NCBI GenBank assembly: GCA_016182425.1
Contig: JACPGP010000033.1
Location: 1 to 39,798 of the forward strand
Direction of reading: 5' to 3'
Length of the DNA: 39,798 nucleotides
Origin: Candidatus Levyibacteriota bacterium
GTDB taxonomy: Bacteria > Patescibacteriota > Microgenomatia > Levybacterales > UBA12049
Shown here: one piece after another, positions 17,858 to 26,939 of the stretch
Position numbering within the stretch: the stretch's first letter is position 1
How the letters are laid out: each line of letters opens with the position of its first letter
Made by a program: the position numbers and the translations under genes
Notes under the pieces: model-generated
Seen by the model: the letters and a program-made list of their open reading frames with translations, nothing else
Told to the model about the DNA's origin: nothing
The model's database searches: none

Positions 17858-19023
17858 AGGTTGTTATTATTATTCCCACATACAACGAAAAAGGAAATAT
17901 TGAGCGGGTAATAGAAATACTCGAAACTAAAATTTTCCCCCAGATAAAAAATCACCAAATGCATATTTTGGTTGTTGACGATACTTCGCCAGATGGAACA
18001 GCTGTCACCGTCGAGGGTCTCATGATGAAAAATAAAAATCTTCATTTGCTAAAAAATGGAGAAAAACTGGGATTAGGAGCAGCGTATGTACGCGGTATGA
18101 CTCATGCGGTTGAGAAATTGCAAGCAGAGATTATGTTTGAAATGGACGCAGATTTGTCTCATGATCCTCGTAAGGTTCCTGAATTTTTGAGGAAAATAGA
18201 TGAAGGATACGACATGGTTATTGGAACTCGCTACAGTCAAGGCGGATCAATTCCCCAAAATTGGGGTTTACTGCGAAAGACATACTCTGTTTTTGGTAAT
18301 TTATTAGTAAGATCAATTTTGATGAGATTTTGGATACATGACTGGACAGGCGGATTTCGGGCATTGCGAAAAGAGGTGTTTTTGAAAGAGAAAAAAGAAC
18401 TGGCCTCTTTTAGAGGATATACGTTTCAGGTTTCTTTTTTGCACAAAACTGTCCGTGATGGATTTAAAGTGGCGGAAGTTCCTATTCATTTTACGGATAG
18501 AACTCTTGGCCGATCAAAAATAGCTCCCAAAGAATACATTGCAGAGTTGCTCGAGTATGTTATTGCGGCAAGATTTTGGGAACTTGTTTTCTCTCCCTTC
18601 TTAAAGTACGCAATTACAGGATTTGTTGGGTATCTTATAAACGCCTTTTCTCTTGAATTATTTAAGATTTTTGGCATACACTCTGGTGTAGCAGGGGCAT
18701 TAGGAGCAGAACTTTCCATTATGTGGAATTTTACCCTCAATAATTTTTGGGCATTTTCTAAATATAGAATAACACGAGTTCAAAAAATTCCTTTAAAGTT
18801 TATTCAGTTTAATATGGTGTCTTTTGGCTCTGTGCTTATTATTTTTACTGTAATTACTGTTGGTACTTCTCTTTTTGGAGATACTCGTTTAGTGAGACAG
18901 CTATTTTTAATAATTGCTATAGCTTTTTTTGTTATTCCTTACAGTTATTCGATGTATAATATCTTTATATGGAAAAGGTGGCATATTTCTTTTCTTTCGG
19001 GACTGCAAAAAATGGTAGGATGA
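17854..19023 (+). CDS. GT2 polyprenol-phosphate glycosyltransferase (DPM1-like) fused to a GtrA domain
   Basis: IIPTYNE, VVDDTSPDGT, EMDADLSH, GTRY, DWTGGFR; C-terminal 4-TM GtrA (WNFTLNNFWAF). Confidence 0.9.
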   Translation: MKVVIIIPTYNEKGNIERVIEILETKIFPQIKNHQMHILVVDDTSPDGTAVTVEGLMMKNKNLHLLKNGEKLGLGAAYVRGMTHAVEKLQAEIMFEMDADLSHDPRKVPEFLRKIDEGYDMVIGTRYSQGGSIPQNWGLLRKTYSVFGNLLVRSILMRFWIHDWTGGFRALRKEVFLKEKKELASFRGYTFQVSFLHKTVRDGFKVAEVPIHFTDRTLGRSKIAPKEYIAELLEYVIAARFWELVFSPFLKYAITGFVGYLINAFSLELFKIFGIHSGVAGALGAELSIMWNFTLNNFWAFSKYRITRVQKIPLKFIQFNMVSFGSVLIIFTVITVGTSLFGDTRLVRQLFLIIAIAFFVIPYSYSMYNIFIWKRWHISFLSGLQKMVG

Positions 19024-20627
19024 GATTCAATTTTCAATTGCGAAGTCATCATCTGCTACTTTTTAGCATTCTATTATTTGCTGCTTTTTTGCGACTCTAT
19101 AGAATTGATGAATACATGACTTTTTTGGGGGATGAAGGAAGAGACGCGTTAACTGTATACAACATTCTCCATGGCAAATTTACACTTCTTGGTCCAACTG
19201 CTTCTGTAGGAGGATTTTTCTTAGGTCCTATTTACTACTATTTTATGGCGCCTTTTCTATGGTTGTTTAATTACAATCCAGCAGGCCCTGCGGTAATGGT
19301 GGCTATCTTTGGAGTAGCTACTGTTTGGTTGATATATAGAGTGGGAAGTGTTTTTTTTAGTGTTTTTACCGGTCTTGTAGCCGCATCTTTATATACGCTT
19401 TCGCCTGTAGTTATTGCGTATTCCCGTTCATCTTGGAATCCAAACCTGATACCATTTTTTTCACTGCTTACCATTTATACCGTTTACTTAGCTACAAGAA
19501 AAAGAAACATGTTTCTTTTTCTTGTCTGTGGTAGCCTTTTGGGTATTGCAATGCAACTTCATTATCTTGCGTTATTTTTGGGCGTTATTATTGGGGTATA
19601 CGTACCTTTTATTTACATCTTGAGATGGTTTAATAATCGAAAGTACGGTTTTCTTTTCGAAACCATCAAGACTTATATTTTGATATTTTTAGGATTTCTT
19701 TTTGGTTTTACGCCGTTTTTGGCATTTGAGTTTCGCCACGGATTTCCCAACATTCAAAGCATTGTAAGATTTGTTTTTTCATCGGGCGAAACAGGGGGAA
19801 ATAGTAAGTTTTTTACGATTGTTGGTGATGTTTTTTCTCGTTTGTTTGCCAGACTTGTTACTGCTTTTCCTCCTCCCGAGCAGGTATCGCTGCAAGAGTC
19901 GGTTGCGTCATTAGACCTTTTTTTGGGAAACATTACTATTTCTGTTGGATCATGGTACATTTTTACGCTGTTTTTAGCGTTTTTGGCAACAGGTTTTTTT
20001 CTGATGCAATTTTATAGAACGATAAGAGATAATAATCAGCATTTAGAAAGTCGTCTTATTATTTTTTTATGGCTTATTTTAGGCGTTGGGCTGTTTGGCT
20101 TTTACAAAAAGCCAATTTACGATTATTATTTTGGTTTTATGTTTCCTCTCCCCTTTTTACTCGTGGGTAATATGCTCCAATTATTTTGGGGAAAAAAGAG
20201 AAAAAAGTATTTAGTTTTCGGGCTTATCGTTTTTTCTATAATATTAGTATTTAATCTACAAGGGATTCCATTTCGGTATGCCCCAAACCGCCAGTTGGCG
20301 CAGGTTGAGAAGATTGCGCAGTTTGTTTTGAGCAAAACAGAAAGAAAGCCATTTAATTTTGCTCTTATTACCCAGGGTAACTCAGATCATTCATACCGGT
20401 ACTTTTTTAGACTGGCAAAAAAAGATCCAATAAAGATTGAAACGTTTGAAAAAGATCCAAATAGATTAACTGTTAGAGATCAACTGTTTGTTATTTGCGA
20501 AACACACCCCTGTTATCCACTTGGGCACCCGTTATGGGAAGTTGCCGGATTTGGACGAGCTGAGATTGTAGAGACGTGGGATGTTTCGGTTGTAAAGGTA
20601 TATAAACTGGTTCATTACAAACCTTAA
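19020..20627 (+). CDS. GT-C glycosyltransferase (ArnT/PMT family)
   Basis: LRLYRI...FLGDEGRD, LGPIYYY, YSRSSWNPN; multi-TM. Start set at the ATGA overlap at 19020. Confidence 0.85.
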   Translation: MRFNFQLRSHHLLLFSILLFAAFLRLYRIDEYMTFLGDEGRDALTVYNILHGKFTLLGPTASVGGFFLGPIYYYFMAPFLWLFNYNPAGPAVMVAIFGVATVWLIYRVGSVFFSVFTGLVAASLYTLSPVVIAYSRSSWNPNLIPFFSLLTIYTVYLATRKRNMFLFLVCGSLLGIAMQLHYLALFLGVIIGVYVPFIYILRWFNNRKYGFLFETIKTYILIFLGFLFGFTPFLAFEFRHGFPNIQSIVRFVFSSGETGGNSKFFTIVGDVFSRLFARLVTAFPPPEQVSLQESVASLDLFLGNITISVGSWYIFTLFLAFLATGFFLMQFYRTIRDNNQHLESRLIIFLWLILGVGLFGFYKKPIYDYYFGFMFPLPFLLVGNMLQLFWGKKRKKYLVFGLIVFSIILVFNLQGIPFRYAPNRQLAQVEKIAQFVLSKTERKPFNFALITQGNSDHSYRYFFRLAKKDPIKIETFEKDPNRLTVRDQLFVICETHPCYPLGHPLWEVAGFGRAEIVETWDVSVVKVYKLVHYKP

Positions 20628-21781
20628 TGCAACGAATTACTCTTTATCTGTTGTTTCTATTTCTTCTTTGGCGAATGTTTTTATTTGTTCCCTTATGGTT
20701 CGGTAGCACTCTTTTCTCATATAGAGAGGGTTACGATTACACAAGTATATGGAAATTTATAAAACCTTATTCACCAGTTGACAGTGTTTTTTTATATCCC
20801 TGGGCAAATTTCGATGGCGTCTATTACTTATCTATTGCAAGCAATGGATACACCGTTGATAATGCTGGTTTTTTTCCTGTTTTTCCATTCCTTATCCGTT
20901 TACTAGCTGGAATATTTGGACAGGGTGAGCAGTTTGGCAAGATACAATTTTTTAGCGCTCTTTTTATTGTTCATGCATCTTTTTTTACCAGCCTGGTGGT
21001 GTTTTATAAGCTACTTAGATTTAACTATAATCATAAAATTTCAATGCGAGTTATTTTTTTTCTGCTTGTTTTTCCAACTTCTTTTTATTTTGTCAGCATC
21101 TATACAGAAAGTGTATTTTTCTTGCTTTCGGTTTTGTCATTTTATTTTGCAAGAAAAAAACAATGGGCGGCTTCCAGTGTTAGCGCAATTATACTTTCGG
21201 CAACAAGAATTGTGGGAATTGCGATATTTCCTGTTCTTCTTTATGAGTTTTTTAAGCAGGAAAAAACATTTAGAACAGCACGTATCATCCCCTTGCTATT
21301 AATACCACTTGGGATTACAAGTTATGGATTATTTAATTTATGGCAATGGGGAGACTTTTTCCATTTTTTACAGATTCATGGCACTTTAGGAAATAGTCGA
21401 TCTACTGATTCAATAATACTTTTTCCACAGACTATTTTTAGATATATAAAAATTCTTATTTCCGTCTCTCCAAGTGTTTATGAATGGTGGATTGCGCTTT
21501 TGGAGTTTGGTGTTTTTTTCCTTGCTGTTTTTCTTTTTTATGTTGCTTGGAAGAAGAAAATTCGTTTTTCTTATCTCCTTTTTGCTTTGTTGAGTTTTTT
21601 GATTCCAATTTCTTCTGGAACATTTACCGGCCTTCCAAGGTATGTGGTCGTTTTATTCCCGTTGTTTATCGTATCGGCGCTTATCAAAAGCAAATGGCTA
21701 AGGTTTGCATATGTTACCGTTTCCATAGTCCTTTTAGGCTTGTTGCTTATGCTTTTCTCTCTCGGTTATTTTGTTGCGTAA
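20627..21781 (+). CDS. GT-C mannosyltransferase-like protein (PIG-V family)
   Basis: WANFDGVYYLSIASNGY, GFFPVFP, FPTSFYF...YTESVF, PRYVVVLFP. Confidence 0.8.
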   Translation: MQRITLYLLFLFLLWRMFLFVPLWFGSTLFSYREGYDYTSIWKFIKPYSPVDSVFLYPWANFDGVYYLSIASNGYTVDNAGFFPVFPFLIRLLAGIFGQGEQFGKIQFFSALFIVHASFFTSLVVFYKLLRFNYNHKISMRVIFFLLVFPTSFYFVSIYTESVFFLLSVLSFYFARKKQWAASSVSAIILSATRIVGIAIFPVLLYEFFKQEKTFRTARIIPLLLIPLGITSYGLFNLWQWGDFFHFLQIHGTLGNSRSTDSIILFPQTIFRYIKILISVSPSVYEWWIALLEFGVFFLAVFLFYVAWKKKIRFSYLLFALLSFLIPISSGTFTGLPRYVVVLFPLFIVSALIKSKWLRFAYVTVSIVLLGLLLMLFSLGYFVA

Positions 21782-21788
21782 GTTAGTC

Positions 21789-21817
21789 TTGACAACAAGA
21801 GTGAAACAAGTTAAACT
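21789..21817 (+). promoter_or_regulatory. Sigma70 promoter of the rrf2-suf operon
   Basis: TTGACA-17nt-TAAACT upstream of the ATG at 21840. Confidence 0.7.
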
Positions 21818-21839
21818 ATCACCTCATTAGTATTAGTTT

Positions 21840-22262
21840 ATGATTCGATTTTCACGAAGAGAAGATTATGCGGTTATTTTAGTTACCACACTTGCTATAG
21901 AGTATAACAAGCGTCTGGTGTCGCTTTCCGAAATTGCAAAATCTTACAAGATATCACTTCTTTTCTTGCGAAATGTCGCAAATGATTTGCGAAACAAGAG
22001 TATTGTGCAGGCAGTGGAAGGAAAAAGGGGAGGATATGAACTTGCAAAAGATCCTAAAAATCTTAAGATGGGGGAGATATTAAAAGCATTTTCTACAGAG
22101 CCACTTTTGGAGTGTTGTTCTACATTTTCTGCCGCTTCTGCGAAAGACAGGTGTCCGCAAGAGGGATTTTGCAGGGCTGGGTATATTTGGCGAAAGCTTA
22201 ATCGGGAATTTTTGGAGAAGGTATCGAGCTTAAGCGTACACGATTTTATGCAGTATCGATAA
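21840..22262 (+). CDS. Rrf2-family transcriptional regulator (IscR/SufR-like)
   Basis: EDYAV, SLSEIA, G.RGGYEL motifs; three C-terminal Cys groups (CC..C..C); first gene of the suf cluster. Confidence 0.9.
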   Translation: MIRFSRREDYAVILVTTLAIEYNKRLVSLSEIAKSYKISLLFLRNVANDLRNKSIVQAVEGKRGGYELAKDPKNLKMGEILKAFSTEPLLECCSTFSAASAKDRCPQEGFCRAGYIWRKLNREFLEKVSSLSVHDFMQYR

Positions 22263-22264
22263 AT

Positions 22265-23005
22265 ATGTTAGTTATCAAAAATCTCCATATTACCACACAA
22301 GAAAAAGAAATTATTAAAGGTTTAGATATTACGATAGAAAGTGGAGAAGTTCATGCTGTTATGGGTCCAAATGGCGCAGGAAAGACAACACTGGCGATGG
22401 GACTTATGGGACAACCGCAATTCAAAATTCAATCCGGCGATCGCCGGACAAAATTCAAAATTAATGGTGAAGATATGCTTAATAAGTTACCCGAAGAGAG
22501 GGCGAGAGCAGGGTTATTTGTGTCGTTTCAGCAGCCAGTTGAAATAACCGGCGTATCTGTTCTTTCTTTTTTGCGAACCGCATACAAAGCGCTTTATCCA
22601 GAAGAAAAAGTGTCTCTTTCTGAATTTAAGGAACAAGTTAAAAGAGCACTAAGCACAGTTTCATTACCACAAGAGTTTATGCAGCGGTCGCTTAACGAAG
22701 GGTTTTCTGGTGGTGAGAAAAAACGGGCGGAAACTGCCCAACTTTTGATCCTAAAACCAAAGTATGCGATTTTGGACGAGATAGATTCGGGTCTTGATGT
22801 TGATAGTTTAAGGGCTGTTGCAAGGGCAATTAAACAGGCAGTTGAAAAATATAAAATAGGTATACTTCTTATTACCCATTACCAGCGAATTCTTCATCAT
22901 CTTAAGCCCAATTATGTGCATGTGTTGATTGATGGCAAGATCAAAAAATCTGATGGGATGACACTTGTTGAAAAAATCGAAAGGGATGGTTATGCAGCAG
23001 TTTAA
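22265..23005 (+). CDS. sufC: Fe-S assembly ATPase SufC
   Basis: [46 protein letters not shown]. Confidence 0.95.
   Translation: MLVIKNLHITTQEKEIIKGLDITIESGEVHAVMGPNGAGKTTLAMGLMGQPQFKIQSGDRRTKFKINGEDMLNKLPEERARAGLFVSFQQPVEITGVSVLSFLRTAYKALYPEEKVSLSEFKEQVKRALSTVSLPQEFMQRSLNEGFSGGEKKRAETAQLLILKPKYAILDEIDSGLDVDSLRAVARAIKQAVEKYKIGILLITHYQRILHHLKPNYVHVLIDGKIKKSDGMTLVEKIERDGYAAV
22418..22462 (+). repeat. Heptamer repeats flanking a perfect 16-bp palindrome inside sufC
   Basis: caattcaaaattcaa-TCCGGCGATCGCCGGA-caaaattcaaaatt. Confidence 0.8.
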
Positions 23006-24383
23006 CCTTTCAAATTACCAATTTGGTTTCCATGACAAAATAAAACCAGTTTTCTCAACTGCTAAAGGGCTATCTGAAGATATAGTGAAAGAAATCTCAT
23101 GGATGAAAAAAGAGCCTGATTGGATGTGGGAAAAAAGGCTTGCTGCGTTAACTCTTTTTTACTCCAAAAAAATGCCAAACTGGGGAGGAGATTTGACTAA
23201 AATTAATTTTGACAATATTTATTACTACATTAAGCCTACAGATAAGCAAGGAAGAACATGGGAAGAGGTGCCAGCGGATATTAAAAATACATTTGACAAA
23301 ATCGGTGTTCCAGAAGCAGAGAAAAAATTTCTGAGTGGAGTTGGGGCTCAATATGATTCGGAAATGATCTATCATAGCATTTCTAAAATGCTTGAAAAAA
23401 AAGGGGTTATTTTTGTAGATACAGATACCGCAGTTAAAAAATACCCAGAATTAGTAAAACAGTATTTTGGGACAATTATTCCTGCCGCAGATAATAAATT
23501 CGCTGCGCTTAATACGGCCGTGTGGAGCGGAGGAAGCTTTATTTATGTACCAAAAGGCGTACGAGTTGACCTTCCTTTACAGGCATATTTTCGTATTAAT
23601 GCCAAGAACATGGGGCAGTTTGAGCGAACGCTGATTATTGCCGATGAAGGGTCATATGTTCATTACGTGGAGGGGTGCTCGGCCCCAATTTTTACTACTG
23701 ATTCGTTGCATAGTGCGGTGGTTGAAATTTTGGTCAAAAAAGGTGCTCGCGTTAGATACACAACAATTCAAAACTGGAGTAAAAATGTCTATAACTTAGT
23801 TACCAAGCGTATGTTTGTTGAAGAAGAAGGCTTCGGAGATTGGATAGACGGAAACCTTGGGAGTCAATTAACAATGAAATATCCTTCGATATATCTAAAG
23901 GGTCGAAAAGCACGGGGAGAAGTGTTATCGCTTGCTTTTGCTGGAAAAGATCAACACCAAGATGCTGGTGGAAAAGCAATTCATTTGGCTCCAGAGACAA
24001 GTTCGGTTATTACTTCAAAATCAATCAGTAAAGACGGCGGTCGAACTTCGTATCGTGGGCTTTTGAAAGTTGCAAAAGGAGCAGTCAATAGTAAATCAAC
24101 AGTTCGTTGTGATGCGCTTATTTTGGATGAGAAGAGCAGATCCGATACCTACCCAACAATGGAAATTAATGAAGAGCGAGTGACAATTGGACATGAGGCG
24201 TCAGTATCGCGAATTGGTGAGGAGCAGCTATTTTATTTTCAATCTCGAGGAATCCCGCAAACACAGGCAGAAGTAATGATTGTCAATGGGTTTGTGGAGC
24301 CAATTGTGCGTGAGTTGCCTATGGAGTATGCAGTAGAGCTAAACCGACTAATTCAATTAGAAATGGTGGGGTCAGTTGGATAA
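22992..24383 (+). CDS. sufB: Fe-S assembly protein SufB
   Basis: [45 protein letters not shown]. Start uncertain (22986 or 22992). Confidence 0.96.
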   Translation: MQQFNLSNYQFGFHDKIKPVFSTAKGLSEDIVKEISWMKKEPDWMWEKRLAALTLFYSKKMPNWGGDLTKINFDNIYYYIKPTDKQGRTWEEVPADIKNTFDKIGVPEAEKKFLSGVGAQYDSEMIYHSISKMLEKKGVIFVDTDTAVKKYPELVKQYFGTIIPAADNKFAALNTAVWSGGSFIYVPKGVRVDLPLQAYFRINAKNMGQFERTLIIADEGSYVHYVEGCSAPIFTTDSLHSAVVEILVKKGARVRYTTIQNWSKNVYNLVTKRMFVEEEGFGDWIDGNLGSQLTMKYPSIYLKGRKARGEVLSLAFAGKDQHQDAGGKAIHLAPETSSVITSKSISKDGGRTSYRGLLKVAKGAVNSKSTVRCDALILDEKSRSDTYPTMEINEERVTIGHEASVSRIGEEQLFYFQSRGIPQTQAEVMIVNGFVEPIVRELPMEYAVELNRLIQLEMVGSVG

Positions 24384-24387
24384 GTAA

Positions 24388-24429
24388 ACCTGCCCGCAAT
24401 CGCTAAAGCGACAGCTTTTGCAGGCGGGT
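24388..24429. repeat. REP-like palindromic element, copy 2 (sufB-sufD intergenic)
   Basis: acctgcccgc-aatcgctaaagcgacagctttt-gcaggcgggt; same ends as the 5663 copy. Confidence 0.75.
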
Positions 24430-24444
24430 GACAGGAGCAGTGGG

Positions 24445-25014
24445 ATGAGAAATATAAAAATAGTTGTTAAAAAAAATGAAGAAAAAGTGTTGCCGTTTGT
24501 GTGGGTTAATGGTGACGAAAAAGAAGTGGCTATAAATGCGCGTTTGGTTGGAGAAGGTGGGAATTTACGTATTGTTGGGGTGTTTCTAGGTAAAGATGCG
24601 AAATCAGTTGTGTTTAACACGCATGTTGTGCACGAAGCACCAAACACTAAAAGCCTAACAACTATTCGGGGCGTATTTAAAAATCATGCATCGTTTAACA
24701 ATGACGGTATGGTGCGCATTAACAAAGGGGCAAAAAACGCAGATGGATATTTTGCTTCAAAAATTCTTCTTTTTGATAATGCAAAAGGCAGAAGTGTTCC
24801 CTCCCTAGAGATTGATGAAAACGAGCTTAAAGCTGGTCATGCCTCAACGGTTGGCAGGCCAGATGAAAACCAATTGTTTTACCTTCGCAGTCGGGGATTA
24901 TCGGAGAAGGAGGCGGCAAATCTTATTGTTACAGGTTTTTTTGAGCCTGTAATAGCGTTACTTTCTAATGAGGATCAAAAAAACATTAGGAGGAAAATAC
25001 ATGAGATCTTATAA
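24445..25014 (+). CDS. sufD: Short SufD-like protein (C-terminal beta-helix only)
   Basis: H.APNTKS, SVPSLEIDENELKAGHASTVG, LFYLRSRGL. ATG at 24445 with an AGGAG SD. Confidence 0.85.
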   Translation: MRNIKIVVKKNEEKVLPFVWVNGDEKEVAINARLVGEGGNLRIVGVFLGKDAKSVVFNTHVVHEAPNTKSLTTIRGVFKNHASFNNDGMVRINKGAKNADGYFASKILLFDNAKGRSVPSLEIDENELKAGHASTVGRPDENQLFYLRSRGLSEKEAANLIVTGFFEPVIALLSNEDQKNIRRKIHEIL

Positions 25015-26206
25015 AAACGATTTTCCAATTTTTCAAAAGAACAAAAAATTTGTTTATTTAGATTCTGCAGCAACATCACAAAAACCAAAAATAGTTCTTG
25101 ATGCGATACAGGAGTATTATGCAACATACAATGCTAATGTAAGGCGGGGGTTATATCCAATTGCCGAAAAAGCAACAAAAAAGGTAGAGAAGGTACGAGA
25201 ACAAGTTGCAAGGTTTATTAATGCCAAAGATCCATCCGAGATTATTTTTGTCCGCAATGCCACAGAAGCAATCAATCTTGCTGCATACTCTTTCGCGTCG
25301 CACAATATTGCTAAGGGGGATAGTGTTGTAACGACTATCATGGAGCATCACAGTAATTTTGTGCCATGGCAACAGCTCGCCATTCAAAAAAATGCTGATT
25401 TTGTTGTTTTAGATATTAGCGAAGATGGTTTTCTTGATCTAGATTTAAAAATCAAAAAAGCCAAGATACTTACATTGACTCATGTGTCAAATGTATTAGG
25501 AACAATTAATCAAATTAAAGATATTATTAAACAGGCAAAAGCAATAAATCCTCAAATAAAAGTTCTGGTAGATGCTGCGCAGTCTATACCTCACATGAAA
25601 GTTGATGTGCAAAATCTGGATTGCGATTTTCTGGCTTTTTCGGGGCATAAAATGATGGCAGCAACTGGTATTGGCGTTTTGTATGGCAAGAGGGAGCTGT
25701 TAAAACAAATGAGGCCATTTTTGTATGGCGGGGAAATGATTAAAGAAGTTAGTATTGCAAAAACAACCTTTACAGATATTCCATATAAATTTGAAGCGGG
25801 AACACCGGATATTGCTGGGATTGTAAGCTTTGGTGCAGCAATTGAGTACTTAAAAAGTACGGGTATAGAAACTATTCAAAAACATGAAAATCGGCTTATA
25901 GCTTATAGCTTATCGCGTATGAAGGAGATTGAGGGATTAACAATATATGGACCAAAAGATATCGAAAAACGCTCTGGAGTAGTTTCGTTCAATCTCAATG
26001 GTATTCATGCGCATGATGTGGCACAAGTGTTAGGGGATATGGATATTTGTATTAGGTCCGGCCACCATTGCGCTATGCCTCTTCATAAGCGATTGGGTAT
26101 CACCGCCTCCGCCAGAGTAAGTTTTTATATTTATAACAATGAGGAAGATGTTGATAAACTTATTGAAAGTATTAAAAAAGTAAAAAAGATATTTAAGTAT
26201 GGATAG
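25001..26206 (+). CDS. sufS: Cysteine desulfurase SufS
   Basis: YLDSAATSQKP, EHHSN, VDAAQS, FSGHKM, RSGHHCA. ATG at 25001 with an AGGAGG SD. Confidence 0.95.
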   Translation: MRSYKNDFPIFQKNKKFVYLDSAATSQKPKIVLDAIQEYYATYNANVRRGLYPIAEKATKKVEKVREQVARFINAKDPSEIIFVRNATEAINLAAYSFASHNIAKGDSVVTTIMEHHSNFVPWQQLAIQKNADFVVLDISEDGFLDLDLKIKKAKILTLTHVSNVLGTINQIKDIIKQAKAINPQIKVLVDAAQSIPHMKVDVQNLDCDFLAFSGHKMMAATGIGVLYGKRELLKQMRPFLYGGEMIKEVSIAKTTFTDIPYKFEAGTPDIAGIVSFGAAIEYLKSTGIETIQKHENRLIAYSLSRMKEIEGLTIYGPKDIEKRSGVVSFNLNGIHAHDVAQVLGDMDICIRSGHHCAMPLHKRLGITASARVSFYIYNNEEDVDKLIESIKKVKKIFKYG

Positions 26207-26582
26207 GCAGACTTTATACAGGGAGGAACTTTTGGAACACTACAGAAATCCCCTTAATTTTGGAGAGCTTTCAGATTACACTGTTTCTGCAAAGCAGACA
26301 AACCCATTTTGTGGAGATGATGTGGAAATGTTTATAAAACTTAATGAGGATAAGGTTGAAGATATAAGATTTACCGGCCAAGGTTGCGCTATTAGTATGG
26401 CAGGAGCATCGATTCTTACAGAACGTGTAAAAGGAAAGGTAAAAAGCCAATTGACAAAGTTTTCGGAAAACGATATGCTCAACCTACTTGGCATTGAAGT
26501 TTCTGAAACACGCAAGAAATGCGCCCTGCTGGCGTTATCGGTGCTAAAAGATTGCATTTATGGCGTTAAAAGTAAAAGTTGA
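26199..26582 (+). CDS. sufU: SufU-type sulfur-transfer/scaffold protein
   Basis: HYRNP.NFG, NPFCGD, GCAIS, RKKCA. Confidence 0.9.
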   Translation: MDRQTLYREELLEHYRNPLNFGELSDYTVSAKQTNPFCGDDVEMFIKLNEDKVEDIRFTGQGCAISMAGASILTERVKGKVKSQLTKFSENDMLNLLGIEVSETRKKCALLALSVLKDCIYGVKSKS

Positions 26583-26832
26583 TCGGGAGTTATGTATTGG
26601 AGCAGCAAGTTGCGTTGCAGTTGCACCAAATACATTTGAATTAGATAACGAGGGGAAAGCTGTTATTAAGAAAAAAGACGGTACCATGACTTCTGATTTT
26701 GTCAACTACACAGATATTGGCGATAATGAGATAAATATCTCGAATGCCGCAAAATCATGTCCTGTTAATGCAATTATTATCGTTGAGGTAGATGATGCGG
26801 GGAACGAAATCCGCCAAGTCTGGCCCGCCTAG
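26560..26832 (+). CDS. Single-cluster ferredoxin, probably [3Fe-4S]
   Basis: CIGAASC...CPVNAI; the second Cys of CxxCxxC is replaced by Ala. Confidence 0.88.
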   Translation: MALKVKVDRELCIGAASCVAVAPNTFELDNEGKAVIKKKDGTMTSDFVNYTDIGDNEINISNAAKSCPVNAIIIVEVDDAGNEIRQVWPA

Positions 26833-26898
26833 TTTTCCCATTCGCCTTTTGGGGTACTATTCGTACACGGCTCATGGAGCAACTTTCGGCGGGCAAGC
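26823..26898. repeat. REP-like palindromic element, copy 3 (overlaps the ferredoxin stop)
   Basis: gcccgcct...ggcgggcaagc; the arms match the secD copy; long interior. Confidence 0.6.
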
Positions 26899-26939
26899 CA
26901 GAAGTATAAATCCTCCACTTTTTTTGATAAAATAACTCT

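Noticed and set aside
25441-25465. Heptamer-like runs in sufS (also sufU near 26427, the sufB start, and recJ 39179)
   Set aside because: Two or fewer imperfect units in A-rich Lys codons; indistinguishable from chance.
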